A stretch of DNA of 35,404 bases from an uncultured bacterium (lineage in GTDB: Bacteria; Fidelibacterota; Marinisomatia; Marinisomatales; Marinisomataceae), in contig CAYZYM010000053.1 in NCBI GenBank assembly GCA_964482595.1, positions 1 to 35,404 on the forward strand, written 5' to 3'. A program made the position numbers and the translations under genes. Positions 14,994 to 24,870 of this stretch are shown piece by piece. The notes under the pieces were generated by a model. It was given only the letters and a program-made list of their open reading frames with translations. It was not told the DNA's origin and ran no database searches. Within the stretch, counting starts at the first letter, position 1. Each line of letters starts with the position of its first letter.

Positions 14994-15653
14994 ATGGTTA
15001 TAACAATTGATGGACCTGCAGGAGTTGGTAAGACAACAACTGCTAAAAAACTAGCAAAGAAGCTAGAATTTAGATATTTGGATACTGGTGCAATGTATCG
15101 AGCAATAACTTATTTTTTTATTAAAAATAGTGTCGATATTAATTCAGAAGAAATGGTAGTCAATTTTCTAGATTTATTGGAGTTAGAAGTTGATTTTCCA
15201 ATTGATAACCAAACAAAAATTGTGTTAGATAATAAAGATATCAGCAATGATATTAGAAAGAAAGAAGTTACTGACGAGGTAAGTCAAGTTAGTGCTTTAG
15301 AAAAAGTAAGAGAGAAAACAGTTAAATTGCAGAAAGAAATTGTTAATAATAAAGACTTTGTTGTTGAAGGCAGAGATATTGGGACGGTTGTATTCCCAAA
15401 TGCTGAACATAAATTTTTTCTAACAGCAGACTATGATATTAGAGCCGAGAGACGTTCAAAGGATTTTAATAAAGTTGATGAGAATATTGAAATAGATGAC
15501 ATCAAGAAAGATTTGATACAACGAGATAAAATAGATAGCAATAGAGCTCTTTCTCCCCTTAAGAGGGCAGAAGATGCAATTGTGATTGATACATCAAATT
15601 GCACTATTGATGAACAAGTTGATAAAATATATAACTATATTAAGAGAGTATAA
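14994..15653 (+). CDS. cmk: Cytidylate kinase
   Basis: 219 aa with P-loop ITIDGPAGVGKTT, plus YLDTGAMYRA and EGRDIGTVVFP. Confidence 0.92.
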   Translation: MVITIDGPAGVGKTTTAKKLAKKLEFRYLDTGAMYRAITYFFIKNSVDINSEEMVVNFLDLLELEVDFPIDNQTKIVLDNKDISNDIRKKEVTDEVSQVSALEKVREKTVKLQKEIVNNKDFVVEGRDIGTVVFPNAEHKFFLTADYDIRAERRSKDFNKVDENIEIDDIKKDLIQRDKIDSNRALSPLKRAEDAIVIDTSNCTIDEQVDKIYNYIKRV

Positions 15654-15658
15654 AAAAT

Positions 15659-17413
15659 ATGAATGAAAAATTATTAGATCAAAACGTAGAAGAAAAAACT
15701 ACAGAAGAAGTTGTTGTAGATGTTAGCGATGCTCCAGCAGAAGAACAAAAAGAAGTCTCTAGCAAAAAAATTAAAGACTATTTAAGCAAAGATTTATTTC
15801 AAGACATAAAAGTTGTACCTCATGATCAAGATATAGAAGACTCTAAAAATTCTGATTCTTCACTTACAGCTGAATATGATAATACTTTCAAAGATATATC
15901 AGAAAATCAGATTATATCAGCAAAAGTAATCGGAATTAGTGATTCAGATGTGATGGTTGATATCGGTTTCAAATCAGAAGGCCTTATTAGTAGATCAGAA
16001 TTTGACAACAAAGATTTACCAGAGATTGGTTCAAATATTGATGTTTTTCTTGAAAAATTTGAAGATACAGATGGAAATATTACTCTTTCAAAATATAAAG
16101 CTGATTTTATAAAAAGATGGGAGGAACTAAAGGTTCTTTGTGAATCCGGAGAGCCAGTGAAAGGTAGAATTATTAAAAGAGTTAAAGGCGGAATGGTAGT
16201 AGATCTTGGTGTAATTCAAGCATTTTTGCCTGGTTCGCAAATTGATGTACAGCCAGTAAAGAATTTTGATGAATTTTTAAATAAAGAATTTGATTTTCAA
16301 ATTGTTAAAGTTGATGAATCCAGAAAAAATCTTGTTGTTTCAAGAAAAGCCATACTTCAAGAATCTTTAAATGAAAAAAGAGAAGAGATTATGAGCCAGA
16401 TTAAAGTCGACGGAAAAATTTCTGGTATAGTAAAAAATATTACTGATTTTGGCGCATTTGTTGATTTAGGTGGCATTGATGGATTAATACATATTACTGA
16501 TTTTTCTTGGGGAAGAATTAATCATCCATCAGAAGTAGTATCAATTGGTGATAAAGTTGAAGTCAAAGTTATTGAATACAATGAAGAAACATCAAGGATT
16601 TCTCTTGGGATGAAGCAATTAATAGATAATCCTTGGAAAAAAATTGCTGAAAAATATAATGTTGGTGATATTATTTCTGGAAAAGTTGTGAGTATTATGA
16701 ATTATGGTCTTTTTGTCGCAGTTGAAGAAGGCATAGAAGGACTAGTTCATATATCAGAAGTTTCATGGAAAAAGAATATTGAAAGCTTAGCAAATATTTA
16801 TAACATAGGAGATAGTATAGAGTCTAAAATTCTATCTATTGATATCAAAGATCAAAAGATTAGCTTAGGAATTAAACAATTAACTGAAGATCCTTGGGAA
16901 AAGGTTTCAACTAAATTTTCGGTAGATGATAAAATTAATGGAACCGTATCTAATACTACAAAATTTGGTGCTTATATAAATCTAGGAGATGATATTGAAG
17001 GATTTATAAGGAATATTGACTTACATTGGACAAAAAATATTTCTCATGCGAAACAATTGCTTAATAAAGATGATAGCATTGAAGCAATTGTTTTAGAAAT
17101 TGCAAATCAAGACAGAAAAATATTTTTAGGAATAAAACAACTTAGTGAAAATCCTTGGTCTGATATCAAGAAGAAATATGAATCTGGACAAAAAATCCAA
17201 GGAGTTTTTAATAATCTAAATGATTCTGGTATGGTAATTGATCTTGATGATGACGTTGAAGGTTTTGTTCCAATAGACAATATCTCAAAGAAGTTAAGAA
17301 AAAATTATTTATCATCAATTAAGCAGGGGGATGCTATTGATCTTTTAGTTGTGGAAGTGGAAGAGAAAGAGAAAAGAATTATTCTAATGCTTGATCAACC
17401 TGATGAAGACTAA
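15659..17413 (+). CDS. rpsA: 30S ribosomal protein S1
   Basis: 584 aa with six tandem S1/OB repeats carrying recurring G.V..I..FGAFV.LG.GI.GL.HIS-type motifs. There is an acidic N-terminal extension of about 85 aa. Confidence 0.93.
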   Translation: MNEKLLDQNVEEKTTEEVVVDVSDAPAEEQKEVSSKKIKDYLSKDLFQDIKVVPHDQDIEDSKNSDSSLTAEYDNTFKDISENQIISAKVIGISDSDVMVDIGFKSEGLISRSEFDNKDLPEIGSNIDVFLEKFEDTDGNITLSKYKADFIKRWEELKVLCESGEPVKGRIIKRVKGGMVVDLGVIQAFLPGSQIDVQPVKNFDEFLNKEFDFQIVKVDESRKNLVVSRKAILQESLNEKREEIMSQIKVDGKISGIVKNITDFGAFVDLGGIDGLIHITDFSWGRINHPSEVVSIGDKVEVKVIEYNEETSRISLGMKQLIDNPWKKIAEKYNVGDIISGKVVSIMNYGLFVAVEEGIEGLVHISEVSWKKNIESLANIYNIGDSIESKILSIDIKDQKISLGIKQLTEDPWEKVSTKFSVDDKINGTVSNTTKFGAYINLGDDIEGFIRNIDLHWTKNISHAKQLLNKDDSIEAIVLEIANQDRKIFLGIKQLSENPWSDIKKKYESGQKIQGVFNNLNDSGMVIDLDDDVEGFVPIDNISKKLRKNYLSSIKQGDAIDLLVVEVEEKEKRIILMLDQPDED

Positions 17414-18404
17414 CATAACTAGCAAAATCAATAATATTAAAATTCCTCAATCAAGGAGAATATTCTATTCATTTCTAATCGCATTTATTTTTTGGTTTTT
17501 TATTAAAAGCGAAGATAATTATCTTGTTAGTCAAAAAATCCCTTTAGTTGCCAGAAATCTCCAAGAACAAAAAACATATAAAGAAGAAGTTCCAGATCAT
17601 ATTATTGTTACAATGAGAGGATCTGGAAGATCATTTATATGGCTTACGCTATTCGAAAATTTTTATGATGATTATAGAGCAATTCTTGATTTAAGTAGTA
17701 TTGCCGATGAGTATAATTTTGATTTAAATAACTATTATAGAGAAAATCCTACGAAAATAGTTTTGCCAACATCTCTAGATTTAGAGTTTATAGAGGTAGT
17801 TTCACCTAGAAATATTATCATAAACTTAGATCAATACTTAGTTAAAAAAGTACCAATTAAATCACAATTGCTTGTTTCAACAGAACCAGGGTATGTGCAA
17901 GTTGGAGACCCATTATTTTCACCAGATTCTATTAGTATTGGAGGACCACAAGAGATTGTCAATGATATTGAATTTGTCAAAACTGAAAAAGATACTTTTT
18001 TAAATTTAAACGTATCTTTAGAAGATGATTTATTCATTATTAATCCAAACAAATTAGTTGATTTTGATCCAAAAAAAGTGGGAGGATATATTAATATTCA
18101 ACCAATTAGTGAAACGATTATCACTTCCATTCCTGTCAATCTAATTAATAAGCCTAATAATGTTGAAGTGTTTGTTAATCCTTCTACAGTATCATTAACT
18201 ATTGTTGGAGGTCTTAATCAAGTTGCGAACACTCTTCCTCAAGATATTTTGGTTACAATTGATTTTAGAGATTGGAGGCCTGATAAACAGTTTTATTCAC
18301 CTAAAATCGATATACCTAATAATCTTTTTAAATGGGAAAATCTTTCTCCAAATAATTTAGAAATTCTTGTTGTTGATAGAGAAGAACCAATAAAAGAAAA
18401 TTGA
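17403..18404 (+). CDS. YbbR-domain-containing membrane protein (CdaR-like)
   Basis: An N-terminal TM segment (IFYSFLIAFIFWFFI) is followed by repeated YbbR-type segments (VPIKSQLLVSTEPGYVQVGDPLFSPDSISIGGPQEIVNDIEFVKTE...). ATG 17403 is preferred over the track's TTG 17391. It overlaps the rpsA stop. Confidence 0.65.
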   Translation: MKTNITSKINNIKIPQSRRIFYSFLIAFIFWFFIKSEDNYLVSQKIPLVARNLQEQKTYKEEVPDHIIVTMRGSGRSFIWLTLFENFYDDYRAILDLSSIADEYNFDLNNYYRENPTKIVLPTSLDLEFIEVVSPRNIIINLDQYLVKKVPIKSQLLVSTEPGYVQVGDPLFSPDSISIGGPQEIVNDIEFVKTEKDTFLNLNVSLEDDLFIINPNKLVDFDPKKVGGYINIQPISETIITSIPVNLINKPNNVEVFVNPSTVSLTIVGGLNQVANTLPQDILVTIDFRDWRPDKQFYSPKIDIPNNLFKWENLSPNNLEILVVDREEPIKEN

Positions 18405-19378
18405 TTATTCTTGGAATAGAAACATCATGTGATGAGACAGGTGTAGCGATTTGCAAGGATTATAAAATTCTTGCTAGCTATAATAAAACACAACATATAC
18501 ACAAAGAGTATGGTGGAGTTGTACCTGAAATAGCATCAAGAGAGCATGAAAAATTTTTACCTTTAATTGCAAAAAAAGTTCTTAATGAGTCAAATTTAGA
18601 CTATACTAATTTAGATGCAATTGCTGTTACAAATGGTCCAGGTTTGATGGGATCTCTTTTATCTGGTGTTTCTTTTGCAAAAGGACTTTCTCAAGGTTTA
18701 AATATCCCAATAATTCCAGTTAATCATCTTGAAGCACATCTAAATTCTGTTTTCATTGAATTTCCTGATTTGCAACCTCCCTTTATTAATCTTCTAGTTT
18801 CAGGAGGCCATACACAACTCTGGATGGTGAAATCTAATTTTGAATATGAGTTGCTAGGTGAAACTTTAGATGATGCTTGCGGTGAAGCGTTTGATAAAGG
18901 AGCTAAAACATTAGGATTAAATTATCCCGGGGGTCCAGAAATAGAAAAAGTTTCCAAGGAAGGAGATAGAAATTTAATTCAATTTCCTCGTCCGATGATA
19001 AATGATAAAAGTTATAATTTTAGTTTTAGTGGTTTAAAAACTGCTTTGATTAACTATATCAAAAATAATGAAGAATATAATTTATCAGACGTTGCAGCTA
19101 GCTATCAAGAAGCTATTGTTGATACGTTAGTTTTTAAATTAGATTATGCAATGAAAAATTTTAAAGTTAATACAGGTATCATTTGTGGAGGAGTTGCAGC
19201 AAATAGTCGATTGAGAGATAAGTTAAATGAATTAAAGAACGATATTCTTTTCCCTTCATTAAAATATTGCACTGATAATGCTGATATGATTGCTTTTTTA
19301 GCAATGAAAAAGGCTGACAATAAAGATATTAAAAAGAATATGGATTTTTCTGCTTATTCAAGAGGCATAACATTATAG
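18401..19378 (+). CDS. tsaD: tRNA N6-adenosine threonylcarbamoyltransferase
   Basis: 325 aa with ILGIETSCDETGVAI, VNHLEAH (metal site), SGGHTQL and GGVAANSRLR. The TTG start overlaps the previous stop (TTGA). Confidence 0.92.
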   Translation: MIILGIETSCDETGVAICKDYKILASYNKTQHIHKEYGGVVPEIASREHEKFLPLIAKKVLNESNLDYTNLDAIAVTNGPGLMGSLLSGVSFAKGLSQGLNIPIIPVNHLEAHLNSVFIEFPDLQPPFINLLVSGGHTQLWMVKSNFEYELLGETLDDACGEAFDKGAKTLGLNYPGGPEIEKVSKEGDRNLIQFPRPMINDKSYNFSFSGLKTALINYIKNNEEYNLSDVAASYQEAIVDTLVFKLDYAMKNFKVNTGIICGGVAANSRLRDKLNELKNDILFPSLKYCTDNADMIAFLAMKKADNKDIKKNMDFSAYSRGITL

Positions 19379-19387
19379 GATCATTTA

Positions 19388-20611
19388 ATGCGTAATAGTA
19401 GTTACTTACTCATTTTTATTGGAATCATAATTTATCTTAGTTTTTTTATTAAAAATTTTAATAAAGAAGAACCTTTACAAGTTAATTTCAGTTCTAATGA
19501 ACTTACAGAAGAAGATGTTACAAATGATTTTATTACAGATGTAGCAATAAAAAACATTATTGTTTATCCAAATTGGGATAATAAAAATTCCTTATACGTT
19601 GATATTGATATTGAGAATATTAATGGAGATGAAAAAGTGCAAATTAGTCTATCCAATGGTAATAAGTTGATTGGATCAGATCAAATTGTATTGCAATCTG
19701 AAGAAAAAACATATTCTCAATCATTTTTATTGGAAGAAAGCGTTGATTTCAATTCAAAATTTTATGTTAAAATTTCCAGTTTAAAATTTGAAAAAGATAT
19801 TGAAAATAATAGATATAGTTTTAATGTCAATTTAGAAAAAGACAATTTGAAAGTAGCGTTAATAACTGGAAATTTAAATTTTAATTCAATGGCTATTATC
19901 AAATACCTGCCAGAAGAATTTGACCATTTTTTAATTGATCTTAATACTGGCATCCATGACTTTAAAAATTTTTGGTTTACAAATTATGATCTTTTGGTGA
20001 TGGATAATTTTCCAAACCACTTAATATCTGATAAATGGTTAGAATTGTTTGTTAGAAAAATTTATTCTCAAAACACAGGTTTGATTTTATTTGTTGGCGA
20101 AAACCAAAATTTTGATTCTTTAGCTAAAATTAGTCCTCTTTTTGGATTAAAAGTTGAATCTGAAGATGACATTAATAAGATAGCAAATAGAGAGCTGTTT
20201 GAGAAAGGCCAGTTTAAATCTGTTTTCATTAATAATACAAATCTTTATAAAGATTTCTTTAATGAAAAGAGCGATTATATTACTAGATCTTTTGAATGGT
20301 TGTTAGATAACCGAGAACTAAACTATAATTTTTTTCTTGGGAGTGAACACTATCAAGTAAATGATAAGATTTTTATCTATGGTTTTTCTGATCGCGTTGA
20401 TCCAGAGAAAAAACTATTTACTACAAAAATTTCTCTTAATGATAAATATATATATGAAGAAAAACTCTATTTAAACCCAATATCAAATTATTACTTTACG
20501 CAAATTAGTATTGATAGTCCTGGAAATTATATTTTTGAAATTGTCGATGAAAATGATTTTATAGTTGAAACGATTGCTATTAACATTCCAGAAGAATTGA
20601 GTAAATTATAA
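19388..20611 (+). CDS. Hypothetical N-terminally anchored membrane protein, no family recognised
   Basis: 407 aa with one N-terminal TM segment (SYLLIFIGIIIYLSFFI). The middle region (KVALITGNLNFNSMAIIKYLP...YDLLVMDNFP...GLILFVGENQNF) is loosely reminiscent of GATase1/ThuA-like folds found in Bat-type membrane proteins. No motif is firm enough to name. Confidence 0.5.
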   Translation: MRNSSYLLIFIGIIIYLSFFIKNFNKEEPLQVNFSSNELTEEDVTNDFITDVAIKNIIVYPNWDNKNSLYVDIDIENINGDEKVQISLSNGNKLIGSDQIVLQSEEKTYSQSFLLEESVDFNSKFYVKISSLKFEKDIENNRYSFNVNLEKDNLKVALITGNLNFNSMAIIKYLPEEFDHFLIDLNTGIHDFKNFWFTNYDLLVMDNFPNHLISDKWLELFVRKIYSQNTGLILFVGENQNFDSLAKISPLFGLKVESEDDINKIANRELFEKGQFKSVFINNTNLYKDFFNEKSDYITRSFEWLLDNRELNYNFFLGSEHYQVNDKIFIYGFSDRVDPEKKLFTTKISLNDKYIYEEKLYLNPISNYYFTQISIDSPGNYIFEIVDENDFIVETIAINIPEELSKL

Positions 20612-20614
20612 TAA

Positions 20615-21880
20615 ATGATAGCAATACAAAAAATTCGCGATAACCAATCTCTTGTTGAAGAAGGAATATTAAAAAAAGGAGAATCTATCAACTTAGATGA
20701 TATTGTTAAATTTGATTCTGAATTAAGAGATTTAACAAAAAAATTAAACGATCTTCAATCTGAGCAAAATAGAAAATCAAAAGAAATTGGCAAATTAAAA
20801 TCTGAAAATTTAGAAGATAAATCTATTTTTAGTGATCTCAAAAAATTATCTAATGAGGTAAAAGATTTGGAAAATACTCATCGTATCAAATCTGAAGAAT
20901 TAAGAAATATGCTTCTTCAAATTCCAAATATTCCTCATGATTCCGTTCCAGTAGGAAAAAATTCTGATGAAAATGTTATTTATAAAGATTGTGCATCAAA
21001 AAAAGAATTTACTTTTGATCCTAAAAGCCATGTAGATATTGTAAAAGATTTAGATTTAATAGATTTTGAAGCAGGAGCAAAAATTTCTGGAGCAGGATTT
21101 CCTTTATACAAAGGAAAAGGAGCCTTGCTTGAGAGATCATTAATTAATTTTATGATTGATTACAGTCTTAAAAATTATAACTACACTGAAATTTTCCCAC
21201 CATTTTTGGTAAGACCTGATTCAGCGACTACTACTGGACAATTGCCAAAATTTGATGAAGATATGTATTATATCGAAAAAGACAATTTATACTTAATCCC
21301 AACAGCTGAAGTGCCTCTTACAAATATTCATAAAGATGAAATATTAAATTTAGACGATTTACCAAAATATTATTTAGCATATTCAGCATGTTTTAGAAGA
21401 GAAGCAGGCTCTTACGGCAAAGATACAAGAGGATTGTTAAGAGTGCATCAGTTTAATAAGGTAGAATTAGTAAAATTTGTTCATCCTAATGATTCGTATA
21501 CTGAGCTTGAAACTTTAACTGACCAAGCATCAAAAATCCTTGATTTGCTAGAACTAGATTATAGAATTGTTGAATTGTGCAGTGGAGATTTAAGTTTTGC
21601 AGCTTCAAAATGTTATGATCTAGAAGTATGGGCTCCAGGAGAAAAGAAATGGTTAGAAGTTTCTTCTTGCAGCAATTTTGAAGATTTTCAATCCAGAAGA
21701 GGTAATATAAGATTTAGAGATGAAGATAATAAAACTAATCATGTTCATACTCTTAATGGTTCTGGTCTTGCAACACCAAGAGTTCTAGCAGCGCTAATTG
21801 AAACACATCAAAAAGAAGATGGTTCAATTAGCATTCCATCATCTTTGCAACCTTATACTGGGTTAGCGGAGATTAAGTAA
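20615..21880 (+). CDS. serS: Serine--tRNA ligase
   Basis: 421 aa with an N-terminal coiled-coil arm. Class II motifs are FRREAGSYGKDTRGLLRVHQFNKVE and LNGSGLATPRVL. Confidence 0.93.
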   Translation: MIAIQKIRDNQSLVEEGILKKGESINLDDIVKFDSELRDLTKKLNDLQSEQNRKSKEIGKLKSENLEDKSIFSDLKKLSNEVKDLENTHRIKSEELRNMLLQIPNIPHDSVPVGKNSDENVIYKDCASKKEFTFDPKSHVDIVKDLDLIDFEAGAKISGAGFPLYKGKGALLERSLINFMIDYSLKNYNYTEIFPPFLVRPDSATTTGQLPKFDEDMYYIEKDNLYLIPTAEVPLTNIHKDEILNLDDLPKYYLAYSACFRREAGSYGKDTRGLLRVHQFNKVELVKFVHPNDSYTELETLTDQASKILDLLELDYRIVELCSGDLSFAASKCYDLEVWAPGEKKWLEVSSCSNFEDFQSRRGNIRFRDEDNKTNHVHTLNGSGLATPRVLAALIETHQKEDGSISIPSSLQPYTGLAEIK

Positions 21881-22585
21881 TTGAGAAAAATTTGGGTTAG
21901 TATCAATATTCTTTTTTGGACACTAATTTTAGGTGTAGCATCTATTATTTCGATTAAAATATCTAGAGATAAAAGTAACTTTAAATATTATAGTATAAAG
22001 TGGTCAGAATTTTTGATTAAAACATCTGGTGTGAAACTAGAAATAAATGGAAAAGAAAATATTAAAGTTAATAAAAACTATATTTTTGCGCCAAATCATA
22101 CTTCTTTTATAGATTTTCCAGTCCTTTTTGTTTCTGTTGGTAAATATTTAGTTTTTGTTGCAAAGAAAGAATTAAAAAGAATTCCAATTTTTAATTCGAT
22201 ATTAGATGTTTCAGGATGCGTTTTTGTCGATAGAGAAAATACTAATCAAGCAGTTGAATCTTTAGATCAATTAAAAAAAAATATAGAGAATACTCCACGA
22301 TCTATTGTAATTTTTCCAGAAGGCACTCGCTCAGAATCTCTTGAATTAGGTAATTTCAAAAAGGGAGCAGCTGTATTAGGTATTAATACTGGTTTACCAA
22401 TTATTCCAGTATATATTGATGGCTCTTTTGATTGGTGGAATGCAAATTTTAGAGATAATTGCAATAAAATTGTTGTTAATTTTGGGGAACCTATTTTAAC
22501 TAAAGACATAAATTATAGTGAGCGTGAAAATCTTACTGATTTAATTAAAAATCAAATAATTGGATTGAAGAAAAATGCAAAATAA
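21881..22585 (+). CDS. plsC: 1-acyl-sn-glycerol-3-phosphate acyltransferase
   Basis: 234 aa with an N-terminal TM segment, the H(X)4D motif NHTSFID and FPEGTRS. TTG start directly after the serS stop. There is no in-frame ATG before the catalytic motif. Confidence 0.85.
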   Translation: MRKIWVSINILFWTLILGVASIISIKISRDKSNFKYYSIKWSEFLIKTSGVKLEINGKENIKVNKNYIFAPNHTSFIDFPVLFVSVGKYLVFVAKKELKRIPIFNSILDVSGCVFVDRENTNQAVESLDQLKKNIENTPRSIVIFPEGTRSESLELGNFKKGAAVLGINTGLPIIPVYIDGSFDWWNANFRDNCNKIVVNFGEPILTKDINYSERENLTDLIKNQIIGLKKNAK

Positions 22586-23045
22586 TTATCAGCTAGAAAA
22601 TGTTATAGACGAAATAAACAATTCTAAAAACAATTCTAAAAAAATAGTATTTACCAACGGTGTATTTGATTTACTTCATGTTGGCCATGTTAGATATTTA
22701 AATGAAGCAAGGAATCTCGGACATATACTTATTGTGGGATTGAATTCTGACGATTCGGTCAAAAAGATAAAAGGCCCTTCTAGACCAATTAATATTTTAG
22801 AGGATAGAGCTTTAATTTTACTGGCTTTAAAATCTGTAGATTATGTAGTCAGTTTCGATGATGAAACTCCGTTAAATTTAATTAAAAAAGTAATGCCTGA
22901 TATTCTAGTTAAGGGAGGAGACTATAAAATAGAGGATATTGTTGGGCATAAAGATGTCATCAAAAATGGCGGTTCGGTCCAATCTCTTCCTTTTCATGAA
23001 GGTTATAGTTCCACTCAATTTATTAATCAAATAAAAAAACAGTGA
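22575..23045 (+). CDS. rfaE2: D-glycero-beta-D-manno-heptose-1-phosphate adenylyltransferase-like cytidylyltransferase (RfaE domain II, stand-alone)
   Basis: 156 aa with FTNGVFDLLHVGHVRYLNEA (HxGH), plus GLNSDDSVKKIKGPSRPIN and LVKGGDY. Collinear with the C-terminal domain of HldE/RfaE. Confidence 0.8.
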   Translation: MQNNYQLENVIDEINNSKNNSKKIVFTNGVFDLLHVGHVRYLNEARNLGHILIVGLNSDDSVKKIKGPSRPINILEDRALILLALKSVDYVVSFDDETPLNLIKKVMPDILVKGGDYKIEDIVGHKDVIKNGGSVQSLPFHEGYSSTQFINQIKKQ

Positions 23046-23085
23046 CTTGATTGTCATTTAGTTTCAATATAATTTGGCACGTTTT

Positions 23086-24849
23086 ATGAAAAAAATTAAA
23101 CTATATTTATTGGCAACAGTGTTTGTAGGTAGCATATTTGCTCAGGATACAATAAATGGCAATGGCAAAAAACCATTTATGAATACAAGCGATACTGCTT
23201 TTTCTGCTACAATTAATAATATTTCGCCAATTCTAGACGAAGCAAAACAATTTCTTTCAGACGCAGTGATTGCAGATGTTAATCAAGATACAATCGAAGT
23301 AATCTATAATATAAAAAGAATTTTTGATCTTTTGTCTGATGTGGAACAAATTGGAGTTCGTAATGAGCTTGATAAAATTGAATTTGAGAAATTCCAAAAT
23401 GATTTTATCAAGATGTATTCTACAAGATTAAATACTTTAGAAAATTCAAGTCAGATATTGAACGCTGAACTTATTCGCCAACAAGTTACAGATTTAGCAA
23501 ATGAAAATGAATCAGTTGAAATGGGTACTACAAAATTTACTATCCTTGATGATCGAGAAGGACATATTCCATTAGTTACCAATTCTCAAGTAGAAAGTTA
23601 CATTCGCTATTTTAAAGGCAAGGGAAGAAAAGGATTTAATATTTGGCTAAGGAGATACGTACAATATAGAGAAATAATACTACCAATATTAGAAGCAAAC
23701 GATTTGCCTGAAGAATTAATTGTTGTATCTATGATTGAATCTGGATTTGATCCAAAGGCAGTATCTAGGGCAAAAGCAGTCGGTTTATGGCAATTTATGT
23801 ATTTAACAGGAAAACAATATGGATTAGAAAGAACTTGGTATGTAGATGAACGTCAAGATATTATTAAATCTACAGAAGCAGCAGCTAAATACTTTAAGGA
23901 TTTATATAGAGAATTTGAAGATTGGTATTTAGTATTAGCTGCATACAATACTGGTCCAGGTAGAGTGAATCGCGCAGTAAATCTTCACGAAACGTCTGAT
24001 TATTGGCAGCTTTATTCACTGCCTAAAGATACAAAGAATTATATTCCTTATTTCTTATCATCTGCAATTATCTTGAAAAATCCAGAGAAATATGGATTTA
24101 AGATTCCAAAAGCAAAATCATTTAAATATGATGAAGTTGTGATTAAAAAAAGTGCTGATTTATCTGTAATTGCAAAGTCAGCAGGAACAAAAACAAATAC
24201 TATTAAATATTTAAATCCAGAATTAAGACAATCTGCAACACCTGCAAATGGAGATTATGTATTGAGAGTTCCTTATGGAAGTAAAGAAAAGTTCTATAAA
24301 TCATTTAATGCATTACCAGAGACAGAAAGATTTGCTACTCAAAAAGTAGAACATCGTGTTAAGAAGGGCGAAAATTTGTCCACTATTGCTTCAAAGTATC
24401 GCGTTCTCATTTCAGATTTGATGACAATTAACAATCTAAAAAGTGATAGATTGAGTATCGGACAAAGATTAAAAATTCCAGTCAAAGGTGGTATTTATTC
24501 TAATTACCCTGAAAAAATTACTTATACAGTTAAAAAAGGGGACACACTTGGTGGGATTGCTGATAAATACAACACAAGAGCAAGTGAAATTAGAAAATGG
24601 AATAAAATGAGTTCAAATAATTCATTGATAAATATTGGACAAAAATTAGTATTGTTTGTCGGTAAAAATGGTAGTAAATCTGACAATTCTCCAAAAAGAA
24701 TTATTTATACCGTTAAATCTGGAGATCAATTAGGATATATTGCTGAGAAATATAACACTAGCGCAAAAAAGATTAGAGAATGGAATAAAATGCAACCAGG
24801 AAGTTATGCTATTTATCCTGGACAAAAATTAGTATTATTTGAAGAATAA
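23086..24849 (+). CDS. mltD: Membrane-bound lytic murein transglycosylase D-like (SLT domain + three LysM repeats)
   Basis: ATG 23086 gives the signal peptide MKKIKLYLLATVFVGSIFAQ; the track's TTG 23074 adds four residues. The SLT catalytic region is VSMIESGFDPKAVSRAKAVGLWQFM with AAYNTGPGRV. Three LysM repeats follow (HRVKKGENLSTIASKY..., YTVKKGDTLGGIADKY..., YTVKSGDQLGYIAEKY...). Confidence 0.88.
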   Translation: MKKIKLYLLATVFVGSIFAQDTINGNGKKPFMNTSDTAFSATINNISPILDEAKQFLSDAVIADVNQDTIEVIYNIKRIFDLLSDVEQIGVRNELDKIEFEKFQNDFIKMYSTRLNTLENSSQILNAELIRQQVTDLANENESVEMGTTKFTILDDREGHIPLVTNSQVESYIRYFKGKGRKGFNIWLRRYVQYREIILPILEANDLPEELIVVSMIESGFDPKAVSRAKAVGLWQFMYLTGKQYGLERTWYVDERQDIIKSTEAAAKYFKDLYREFEDWYLVLAAYNTGPGRVNRAVNLHETSDYWQLYSLPKDTKNYIPYFLSSAIILKNPEKYGFKIPKAKSFKYDEVVIKKSADLSVIAKSAGTKTNTIKYLNPELRQSATPANGDYVLRVPYGSKEKFYKSFNALPETERFATQKVEHRVKKGENLSTIASKYRVLISDLMTINNLKSDRLSIGQRLKIPVKGGIYSNYPEKITYTVKKGDTLGGIADKYNTRASEIRKWNKMSSNNSLINIGQKLVLFVGKNGSKSDNSPKRIIYTVKSGDQLGYIAEKYNTSAKKIREWNKMQPGSYAIYPGQKLVLFEE

Positions 24850-24870
24850 AGTTGTAAAGGAAATAGGTAT

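Noticed and set aside
17391-17402. Track start codons TTG 17391, TTG 23074 and TTG 28892
   Set aside because: In-frame ATGs 4, 4 and 3 codons downstream (17403, 23086, 28883) give more typical N-termini (a signal peptide beginning MKK..., and MKLINN...). The upstream TTGs add only a few residues.
23043-23056. Short inverted repeat tgac-ttgatt-gtca after rfaE2, as a possible terminator
   Set aside because: It has only a 4-bp stem and no following T-tract. This is indistinguishable from chance.
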